Positions 1 to 7,036 of a stretch of DNA of 34,802 bases are shown here, in pieces. A program made the translations under genes and the position numbers. The stretch is from a virus (lineage: Duplodnaviria > Caudoviricetes). The stretch lies in the IMG/VR virus record IMGVR_UViG_3300033388_003295, positions 1 through 34,802 of that record. One strand, 5' to 3'. The notes under the pieces were generated by a model, which ran no database searches, had not been told where the DNA came from, and saw only the letters and a program-made list of their open reading frames with translations. Position 1 is the stretch's first letter; every line of letters starts with the position of its first letter.

Positions 1-1509
1 ACCATCAATTCTAAATGTATAACTCATCTCTAATCCGTCTGCACTTGCATTTGATACTGGCATATCCATTGCACTTACTACTCCACTATCTTCTGTAAAC
101 TCTATTGTTCCTATATTTAAAGTTGCTCCTACATCTATTTCATCATCTTCGTTTCCTTTAAGAACATTTAATGCTCCTGTTCCTGCGTAGTCTAGAAATG
201 ATAACCAATTATTATTTGCTATTGATAGGATTGATTGAGGTGAATTTGTTCCTATTCCTATTCTATCATTTCCTGCGTCTGTAAATAATAAGTTTGCATC
301 TGTATCTCCCCTAACTCTTGTATTATAATCTAATCCATTACTATTCATTACAAATTCTGTTGCTGAAAATTCTGCTTTTTCACTTCCTCCGATATTAAAT
401 TTTAACCTATCATTTACATTAGAATAGATAAGAGTATTTCCGTCAGTATCAAATACAATTCCTTGACCTTGAACTGCTTGTATTTTACCATTGTCATCTA
501 TGGTTACTAAAGAGTTTTGTATCTGTCCACCTACTCCATTAAATCTAGAAATAGCATGGTCTGTTGAAGCCGGAGCAATAACATATCCAGCAGAAGCATG
601 GTCACCCCAGCCATAAGCTGTATTCCAATTAGCAGAATTGTTAGTAATTGAAGTACCCCAAGCTGTACCTGTTGATAAAGCTATCCCAGCATCTGGGTAA
701 ACCATTGTAGCTCCACTATTTACAACGGTCCATGTTCCTTTAATTCTTTTTAACTCATAAGCTTGATTATCTACTGCATTATTAAAATTAACATCAGCTA
801 AATCTTTAAAATATCCCTGTCCAGCCATTCCTTTTTTAAAAATAGTTGGTGTTTCAATTAAATCATTATAAGAAAGTTTACCCTTAATCTTTTTAAGAAT
901 TTCAGAAGAAGTTATTTTTGCTTTATCTTTACCGTTTTTAGGTATTTTAATCTTAGATAAAACTTTTCTTGTAATCATTTCATAATCTACAATTGCATCT
1001 GTTCCATCCAATCCGTCTAATCCGTCTAATCCGTCTTTAGGTATTTTAATTCTTGACTCTACTTTATTAATAAATTTTTTAATATCAGTTTCAGTAAAAT
1101 AATCAGCACCCTTTATTGGTGTTGTTCCATTTTCTGGGACCTTAATTTGAGATTGAATACTATCAATCAATTGTTTTATTTCGTTTTCAGTAAAATAATC
1201 TTGTCCTTTAATAGGTGTTGTTCCGTCTATTCCGTCTTTTCCTTTAACTTGTTCAACTAAGGCTTTAACAAATACGTCCATAAATGTTGACATATAGATA
1301 GGAGCTGTTTGGTCAGCCATTTTTTTTATTCCATCTTTTGTTTCTGATTGTTCTTGTAAACTAGCTTCTAATAATGTATTGTTTTCAGCATTTTGTTCTA
1401 CTCCGGTTTCTAACAGTTTGTTTGATTCGTTAGATTTATCATCATTATTCATTAAGATATTTTCAAGAATTTTATCATTATTGTTTTGTTCCTCGTTTGG
1501 AATTACCAT
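1..1509 (-). CDS. Tail fibre / receptor-binding protein, N-terminal part (runs off the left end; not in ORF track)
   Basis: Translated by hand from ATG at 1509: MVIPNEEQNNNDKILENILM...KGKDGIDGTTPIKGQDYFTE...GTTPIKGADYFTE...DGLDGLDGLDG...AWGTSITNNSANWNTAYGWGDHASAGY...DRIGIGTNSP..., open to position 1 (503 codons). Collagen-like GxD repeats and GIGT-x-x-P motifs are typical of fibres. Confidence 0.85.
   Translation of the reverse strand, partial: MVIPNEEQNNNDKILENILMNNDDKSNESNKLLETGVEQNAENNTLLEASLQEQSETKDGIKKMADQTAPIYMSTFMDVFVKALVEQVKGKDGIDGTTPIKGQDYFTENEIKQLIDSIQSQIKVPENGTTPIKGADYFTETDIKKFINKVESRIKIPKDGLDGLDGLDGTDAIVDYEMITRKVLSKIKIPKNGKDKAKITSSEILKKIKGKLSYNDLIETPTIFKKGMAGQGYFKDLADVNFNNAVDNQAYELKRIKGTWTVVNSGATMVYPDAGIALSTGTAWGTSITNNSANWNTAYGWGDHASAGYVIAPASTDHAISRFNGVGGQIQNSLVTIDDNGKIQAVQGQGIVFDTDGNTLIYSNVNDRLKFNIGGSEKAEFSATEFVMNSNGLDYNTRVRGDTDANLLFTDAGNDRIGIGTNSPQSILSIANNNWLSFLDYAGTGALNVLKGNEDDEIDVGATLNIGTIEFTEDSGVVSAMDMPVSNASADGLEMSYTFRIDG
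1010..1036. repeat. 9-nt tandem repeat (AATCCGTCT x3) encoding collagen-like DGL x3
   Basis: Direct inspection; copies at 1010, 1019, 1028. Confidence 0.9.
1089..1200. repeat. Internal coding repeat GTTPIKGxDYFTE (two copies, 96 nt apart)
   Basis: TTTCAGTAAAATAATC at 1089-1104 and 1185-1200, with flanking similarity. Confidence 0.85.
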
Positions 1510-1517
1510 ATTTATAC

Positions 1518-1546
1518 TTGACTTATTTTAATTTTATTGTTATATA
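1518..1546 (+). promoter_or_regulatory. Possible sigma70 promoter for the small membrane peptide gene (possibly leaderless)
   Basis: TTGACT (1518-1523), 17 nt, then TATATA (1541-1546) preceded by TG; ATG at 1553. The -10 is imperfect. Confidence 0.45.
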
Positions 1547-1552
1547 CTAATT

Positions 1553-1669
1553 ATGAATATATTAACAGACCTTATAGTATTAATTTTATGGATTATTGGA
1601 ATAGCCGTTGCTTTTTCAATTAATATCTTTCTAGGAATTGCCTTATTAATAATTTCTTTATCAAGATAA
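1553..1669 (+). CDS. 38-aa hydrophobic membrane peptide
   Basis: MNILTDLIVLILWIIGIAVAFSINIFLGIALLIISLSR*; almost entirely hydrophobic; below the ORF-track cut-off. Confidence 0.6.
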   Translation: MNILTDLIVLILWIIGIAVAFSINIFLGIALLIISLSR

Positions 1670-1692
1670 TTTTATATCTTTAAATTAAATTA

Positions 1693-1722
1693 ATTATACA
1701 CTACAAGACATAATAATGTCAA
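1693..1722 (-). promoter_or_regulatory. Sigma70 promoter driving the fibre gene at 1509
   Basis: Minus strand TTGACA (1722-1717), 18 nt, TATAAT (1698-1693). Confidence 0.75.
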
Positions 1723-1739
1723 TTTTTTATGTTAAGGTC

Positions 1740-1793
1740 TTGACAAACCGATTTGTATTTGCTAAGATGTAATTGTAAAGGTTGGTCGCCTTT
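1740..1793 (+). promoter_or_regulatory. Strong early promoter P1 plus 5' stem-loop
   Basis: TTGACA (1740-1745), 17 nt, TG-c-TAAGAT (-10 at 1763-1768); downstream hairpin AAAGG-TTGGTCG-CCTTT. Confidence 0.85.
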
Positions 1794-1820
1794 AAAAGAT
1801 AAGTAAATAATAATAATAAT

Positions 1821-2087
1821 ATGAGAAAAGAAACAATAATAAGTAGAATTGGTCATTGTGAAACATCTAAAATTTCTAAAAAAGAACTTTTAAAATTAGC
1901 AAGCCAATTAAAAAATAAGAAGTCTATTACTAAAAAAATAGAGGCTTCAGGAAAAGAAAAGTTTTTAATGGTTTTAGGAAATACACAAATAATGGGATAT
2001 CTTTTAGTGATTCAAACAATTACCAAAAAGTATAAAGGTTGTAAGGTTGTATTAGCATCAGGAAATCTAAGCATCTATTCAATATAA
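1821..2087 (+). CDS. Hypothetical early protein (basic, 88 aa)
   Basis: ORF directly downstream of P1, with A-rich leader. Confidence 0.75.
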   Translation: MRKETIISRIGHCETSKISKKELLKLASQLKNKKSITKKIEASGKEKFLMVLGNTQIMGYLLVIQTITKKYKGCKVVLASGNLSIYSI

Positions 2088-2110
2088 TTAGTAAATAAAA
2101 TTTAAAAAAT

Positions 2111-2350
2111 ATGGCATATAAAGTAGAATACATACCAAAAACAAAAAAAGATTTTGAAATGATATCAATGGCATTCGGAATATCAATTGAAAAAGCAATT
2201 GAATCAGAATACGAAATTGATAAAATAACAAAAAAAGATATTTTAGAAAAGAAAAAAGCAAATAAAGAAGTATTTAAAAAATTAAAAGTATTAAATGAAA
2301 TTGATAACATTTTAATTGAAAAAAATATCATTGATACAAAAAACATATAA
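2111..2350 (+). CDS. Hypothetical early protein (79 aa)
   Basis: ORF in tight operon with conserved junction. Confidence 0.75.
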   Translation: MAYKVEYIPKTKKDFEMISMAFGISIEKAIESEYEIDKITKKDILEKKKANKEVFKKLKVLNEIDNILIEKNIIDTKNI

Positions 2351-2371
2351 TTAGTAAATAAAAATAAAATT

Positions 2372-2785
2372 ATGACAAAAACATACATACAAATTAAAAA
2401 AGAAAAAGAAGTAGAAGTTGAAAAGTTAATAACTAAGTATAAAGTATTCTTTGCTTTTAGTGAAAAACAACTTGTTGAGGGAATGGAAAAAATAGGAGTT
2501 ACTGACAGGACTAAGTTAATTGGACTTGGCTCTGGAACTGTAATTCTAGAAACTGAACTAGACGGATTCTTAAATGCAACAGTAAAATTAGACAAGGATT
2601 ATAAAAAAGAATTAAAAGAATTAAAACAAATAAAAGAAAATGCTATTTTATATGAATTGAATAACTATGAGGCATTTTATACAGGAAGAGTTGATGAGGT
2701 TGTAGAAAAATTTGAAGGAGTATATAGCAAGAAAGACATTATAAAAGTATTCAAAAAATTTAGAGCAATAAAATTTAGTAAATAA
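2372..2785 (+). CDS. Conserved phage protein of unknown function (FFAFSxxQ...YELxNxE family, DUF7659-like)
   Basis: Motifs VFFAFSEKQLVEG, LGSG, LYELNNYEAFYTG recognised from a widespread phage family; the DUF number is from memory. Confidence 0.75.
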   Translation: MTKTYIQIKKEKEVEVEKLITKYKVFFAFSEKQLVEGMEKIGVTDRTKLIGLGSGTVILETELDGFLNATVKLDKDYKKELKELKQIKENAILYELNNYEAFYTGRVDEVVEKFEGVYSKKDIIKVFKKFRAIKFSK

Positions 2786-2795
2786 AAATAAAGTT

Positions 2796-2954
2796 ATGAT
2801 AAAACAAATAAAAATAAAATTATATAAAAAATTATTAAGATTAGATGGTCCTGTGATGAAATATGATTACTCTATAATCAAAGTATTAAAAAGAAAAGTA
2901 TTAAAACCAGTGGGTTATCATTTTAGAAAAGCATATTTTCATTTGGTCTATTGA
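2796..2954 (+). CDS. Hypothetical basic protein (52 aa)
   Basis: MIKQIKIKLYKKLLRLDGPVMKYDYSIIKVLKRKVLKPVGYHFRKAYFHLVY*; starts after the repeated junction. Confidence 0.55.
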   Translation: MIKQIKIKLYKKLLRLDGPVMKYDYSIIKVLKRKVLKPVGYHFRKAYFHLVY

Positions 2955-3006
2955 CAAAGCGGTTGGTCTGTGATAATATATAAATAGGAAGGGTTGGTCA
3001 GCTTTC
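2951..3006 (+). promoter_or_regulatory. Early promoter P2 plus 5' stem-loop (paralog of P1)
   Basis: TTGACA (2951-2956), 17 nt, TG-a-TAATAT (-10 at 2974-2979); downstream AAGGGTTGGTCAGCTTT hairpin. Confidence 0.85.
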
Positions 3007-3034
3007 TTAATAATAATAAGTTAAATAAAAAAAT

Positions 3035-3694
3035 ATGAGCTACGAAATAGTAAAAACAATAAAAATAAATAAAGACTTCACAAGATTTAATGTTAAGTCT
3101 GCATCAAATAATGTAACACCAAAAGATTACGAATATTCATCAAAAGATATTGACATAAAATATCTTTTAGAATCTTTCGCAAGTGGCAACTTCCAGTATC
3201 AAGAAACTTCTGATAATAAATTATTATGTATTCAGGAATTAGCAAAGAAGTATGAAAAATTATTCGGTGGTAGTTGGGAAGCTGGGTCTGATTTATATCA
3301 TCAATATTCAAGACTGGTAAAATACGAAACTACATTTGCATTTAAAAGTATTGATGAGATAAAATATAGTAAGGAGCAATTTGAAGAGAGAATCGGAATC
3401 TTAAATGATTATTCAAAAGGAATTTTAAAAGAATATAATTATACAATTAAAAACTATTTAGAAATAAAATCTAAAATTGAAAACATAATTGATGAATTTT
3501 TAAAAGAATTAAAGGCCGAATTAAAAAATAAAGAAGAGTATGTTTTGAAAAATGGTTATAATCAATATGTTCTTAAAAAGGTGGCAACTGGTGCACACTT
3601 AACAAATAGCAAAGAAAGTGCAAAAAGATTTAAAAAATATCAAGCAATTGAAATTGAAAAATTATTAACAGCATTTGAAAAAGAATTAGTATAA
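3035..3694 (+). CDS. Hypothetical early protein (219 aa)
   Basis: ORF downstream of P2; contains SNNVTPKDY; no function recognised. Confidence 0.8.
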   Translation: MSYEIVKTIKINKDFTRFNVKSASNNVTPKDYEYSSKDIDIKYLLESFASGNFQYQETSDNKLLCIQELAKKYEKLFGGSWEAGSDLYHQYSRLVKYETTFAFKSIDEIKYSKEQFEERIGILNDYSKGILKEYNYTIKNYLEIKSKIENIIDEFLKELKAELKNKEEYVLKNGYNQYVLKKVATGAHLTNSKESAKRFKKYQAIEIEKLLTAFEKELV

Positions 3695-3705
3695 AAGAAA
3701 AAAAT

Positions 3706-3882
3706 ATGATAACAATAACAAAAGAACAATTTGAAACTTATTTAAAGATACAAGAAGGAGGTAAAACGAATATGATGGCTATAAATAATGTAATTTCTTT
3801 AAGTAAATATCAATTAACAAAAGAAAATTGTCTAGACATTATGAAAAATTACGAAGATTATAAAGAAAAATTTAATTTATAA
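3706..3882 (+). CDS. Small DUF5049-like protein (58 aa)
   Basis: MITITKEQFETYLKIQEGGKTNMMAINNVISLS...IMKNYEDYKEKFNL*; the IxxxGxTNM motif resembles DUF5049. Confidence 0.65.
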   Translation: MITITKEQFETYLKIQEGGKTNMMAINNVISLSKYQLTKENCLDIMKNYEDYKEKFNL

Positions 3883-3887
3883 ATAAA

Positions 3888-4028
3888 ATGAAAAACAAAG
3901 CAGCACAGGAACTAGGAAGATTAGGTGGCAAAAAATCTGTTTCAACTAGATTCAAAGGAAAGACAAAAGAGGAAATATCAGAGATTATGAAAAAAGTAAG
4001 AAGAGGTCAAAGATTGAAAAAAGATTAA
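3888..4028 (+). CDS. Small basic protein with KGG-like motif (46 aa)
   Basis: MKNKAAQELGRLGGKKS...TKEEISEIMKK; the AxELGRLGG pattern is common in small phage proteins. Confidence 0.7.
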   Translation: MKNKAAQELGRLGGKKSVSTRFKGKTKEEISEIMKKVRRGQRLKKD

Positions 4029-4070
4029 TTATATAATATAATAATAAATAATAAGTTAAATAAAAAAAAT

Positions 4071-4220
4071 ATGGATAAAAAAGAAATAGAAAAAATAAAT
4101 AAAGACTTTATTGAAGCAACTAAAAAATTACACTATACAAAAGAAGATGATAAATGGGCTGATAAAATGGGTGAAGCAATGGTTAAATCAATAAATATAG
4201 AATCTAAAAAAGAGGATTAA
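4071..4220 (+). CDS. Hypothetical protein (49 aa)
   Basis: MDKKEIEKINKDFIEATKKLHYTKEDDKWADKMGEAMVKSINIESKKED*; 22-nt leader identical to that of the 3035 gene. Confidence 0.65.
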   Translation: MDKKEIEKINKDFIEATKKLHYTKEDDKWADKMGEAMVKSINIESKKED

Positions 4221-4234
4221 ACCTCTTTTTTTTT
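4206..4234. terminator. Bidirectional intrinsic terminator between the convergent early island and late operon
   Basis: AAAAAAGAGG-attaaa-CCTCTTTTTTTTT. Confidence 0.8.
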
Positions 4235-7031
4235 ATTCTATATATCCTTTGTATTGTTCTTTTGTTATCTTTCCCTCGTTATATAATTCTTTGGCTCTAT
4301 TATTTAACCTTTTTGTTAGCTCTTCTATTGAAGGGTATTTTATTTTTGTTTCTAACTCTTTTCTTAAAACAAGTTTTGATTTATCTTTTCCTAGAGAATT
4401 GTCTACATATTTAACCTTATATCCTAAATCATCAAATTCTTTAGCAATCCTCCACGAGTCAATATGGTTTTTAGCAATTACTTTGTTTGGAACTAATCTA
4501 CCCATTTCAGCAGCATTTGTCTTCATTCTTTTAACAATACCATTAACAAAAGCATCGTCAATCTCTCTATATGTATAATATATAACTGGCATTTTTCCAG
4601 CATTAATAGTTTCTAAAAACTTCTTTTTTGCTGAAAGTTCTGAAGATAAATTACTATCAAATATTGAAGCTGAATCTTTAATTTCTTTTTTATATTCTGA
4701 TAAATTATTAAGAGCAGAAGACTTACCTGTTCCACTTCCTCCACTTGTAAATATAACCTTATTACCAGTATTTTCTAAAGACTTTGTAAACATTCTCTTT
4801 GATAAATAAGATGAAGGCTCTTGAAAAGCCGCTGCATTACTTCCAACATATCCTTCAAAATACTTTCTAAAATTATCAGTATTAACTATAGTAATTCCAT
4901 TCTCAGTATTTTCTTTAATATATTTTTTAATAATAGCATCTTCTTCTTTTAATATTTTTTCAAAAGCTTTTGTTTCTAGCTTTGTATTTTCAGGAGTTAA
5001 ATCTTTTGCTTTTTCAAAATCTTTAAAAGATTCTATTTTTTTATGTCCTTTTGGAACTTCTTCTACTTTAATTTTTATTTTATCTTTTGCTTGTGGTAAT
5101 TTTATTTCTGTTTTAGCTTTTGGTAATTCAATCTTAGTTTCTGTTATTGCTTTTTCAGTTTTTCCAAGTAATCCTCTTAATGCTCGTTGTTTATCTATTA
5201 ATCCAGGAGTACCAACTCTTGATATTCTTTCAGCAATATCAGGTAAACCTGCTCTAATACCAGTTTTAATTCCTCCTGTAAATCCTGTTGTTGGTATTGT
5301 ATCAGGGAATAATGTCCTTAGTTCTTGTGCAAAAGCAGAAACATCTTTAGGATTAGCTCCAACATAACCTAATTCTCTTGCTAGTGTATCCATTTGATTA
5401 ACAACTTCTTCATATATAGCTGATGATTGAGCTTCACCTGATATTCTTCTTAATCCAACTTTGGCAAATTCTGCTGGATTTGCTGTCTTTTTAATATTTA
5501 AATTTGGTACTTTTAAAATACTATTATCAATATCATCTACAATCATTGCAATATCTCTATATTGTTTGTTTAAATTTCTAATAGTAGGAGAAACTGTATC
5601 AAGTTTCTTTGAAAAAGTATCTCTAAATACTCCAAATAAACTTTTAGTACCTTCATCTGTATTAACTATAATATTTCCAACACCTTCAAAATTAGATGTT
5701 CTTTGAAGTTTACTAAATAAGTTATCTTTAGCTCTTATTTGAGCCGGAGATAGTAATACGCCTCCTTCTCTTGATAAATTATAAAGTTCTTCAATTTTTA
5801 TTCTTTCATTTGGTGCAAAATTACTCTTTGAAAAATCAAATTTAGTTTTTCCACCAACTTTATATACATCAACTCCTTGATTCTTTAAAACATCATCAAT
5901 AGCTTTAAATCCATCATCTAAATCAATTTTAGTATCTTTTGATAGTCTAGCAACTTCATCTCCTAAAGATTGCCCTATTCTCTTTTTTTCTTTAGTAATA
6001 ATATTATACTGTTCTATTGCTTTATTTCCACCAACAATAGATGGTTGTTTTTTTATTCCTATTTTTTTAGTTGATTCTTCAGCTATATCTAAAGCCTCTC
6101 TAAAAGCTTTTAAAGTTTCGTCATCTGCCGTAGTAACAGTATTTATAATTCTATCATCAAGATTTGATTTAATAGCTTCTGCAATTTCAGGCTTGACAGT
6201 TTTTAATCTAGCTGCTCTTTCTGCTCCTTTTCCTAAAGTTTCAATTCCTCTTTCTGCTGCTCTAGGGATTCTTTCTGTTAGTTCCTGTCCTATTCCAGCA
6301 ATTCCCTCAACAGGTCTTTTAATTTTTGTAAGTATAGATGGAGGGGTGCCTGATGGTGGAATTTCTTTAAAAGGCTTTACTACATCATCTGCTATTCCTT
6401 TTAAAATTGATTTACTTTTAGAAATTGCTTGTCCTGCTTTTACAAAAGGTTTTTCTCCTATTAATGATAAACCAATATTAAGAACTGCTTCAAGATTTTT
6501 TTGAGTATCATAATCTAAATCCTCCCAATTTTCTTTTATATAACCAACTGTATCAGTTAATTTTTCTGCTATTGGATTATCTGATTCTTCTATTGCTTTT
6601 ATTCCTTTTCCGATTGTTTCTTTTAACTCTTCTGGTATTGCTGTTTCAATAGTAGCTGTTATAGGGGCCCAAACTCCAGTAAGAACATCGCTAGCACTTC
6701 TTAAAGCAAATTCTCCTATTCCTTTTGCTTGTTCTATTCCTTCTTTTTTAGGAGCTTCTTCTTTTAATTCTTGAATATTCCCTAGTATTCCACGAGCAGA
6801 CTCTTTATATCCTTCCCAAGTTCCTTTACCAATATCTAAAGCAGTCTGTCCAAAACCACCAGCAACTTGTCCAAAAGTTGGAGTTATAGGTTTCTCTATT
6901 TTCTTTCTGTACTTTTCCCATGATTGAGTGGGTTGAGTTTCTTGATAAGAGCCAGGAGTTAAATCTTTAATATTTAACTTTGGCTGTTCTATTTCTTGAT
7001 AATCATTTGGATTTAAGTCTTTAATGTTCAT
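4233..7031 (-). CDS. Putative DNA-ejection (internal virion) protein with C-terminal zeta-toxin-like P-loop kinase domain
   Basis: Last gene of a P22-like structural operon; long helical, Gly/Ala-rich N-terminal region. The C-terminal ~270 aa contain IVNTDNFR, FTSGGSGTGKSS (Walker A), IFDSNL, VIYYTYR, R-x7-GRLVP...H and YVDNS. Confidence 0.75.
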   Translation of the reverse strand: MNIKDLNPNDYQEIEQPKLNIKDLTPGSYQETQPTQSWEKYRKKIEKPITPTFGQVAGGFGQTALDIGKGTWEGYKESARGILGNIQELKEEAPKKEGIEQAKGIGEFALRSASDVLTGVWAPITATIETAIPEELKETIGKGIKAIEESDNPIAEKLTDTVGYIKENWEDLDYDTQKNLEAVLNIGLSLIGEKPFVKAGQAISKSKSILKGIADDVVKPFKEIPPSGTPPSILTKIKRPVEGIAGIGQELTERIPRAAERGIETLGKGAERAARLKTVKPEIAEAIKSNLDDRIINTVTTADDETLKAFREALDIAEESTKKIGIKKQPSIVGGNKAIEQYNIITKEKKRIGQSLGDEVARLSKDTKIDLDDGFKAIDDVLKNQGVDVYKVGGKTKFDFSKSNFAPNERIKIEELYNLSREGGVLLSPAQIRAKDNLFSKLQRTSNFEGVGNIIVNTDEGTKSLFGVFRDTFSKKLDTVSPTIRNLNKQYRDIAMIVDDIDNSILKVPNLNIKKTANPAEFAKVGLRRISGEAQSSAIYEEVVNQMDTLARELGYVGANPKDVSAFAQELRTLFPDTIPTTGFTGGIKTGIRAGLPDIAERISRVGTPGLIDKQRALRGLLGKTEKAITETKIELPKAKTEIKLPQAKDKIKIKVEEVPKGHKKIESFKDFEKAKDLTPENTKLETKAFEKILKEEDAIIKKYIKENTENGITIVNTDNFRKYFEGYVGSNAAAFQEPSSYLSKRMFTKSLENTGNKVIFTSGGSGTGKSSALNNLSEYKKEIKDSASIFDSNLSSELSAKKKFLETINAGKMPVIYYTYREIDDAFVNGIVKRMKTNAAEMGRLVPNKVIAKNHIDSWRIAKEFDDLGYKVKYVDNSLGKDKSKLVLRKELETKIKYPSIEELTKRLNNRAKELYNEGKITKEQYKGYIE

Positions 7032-7036
7032 AAATT

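Larger units (their letters stand above)
2082..2792 (+). repeat. Repeated stop-to-start junction in the early island
   Basis: ATATAATTAGTAAATAAAA identical at 2082-2100 and 2345-2363; TTAGTAAATAAAAATAAA identical at 2351-2368 and 2775-2792. Confidence 0.8.
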
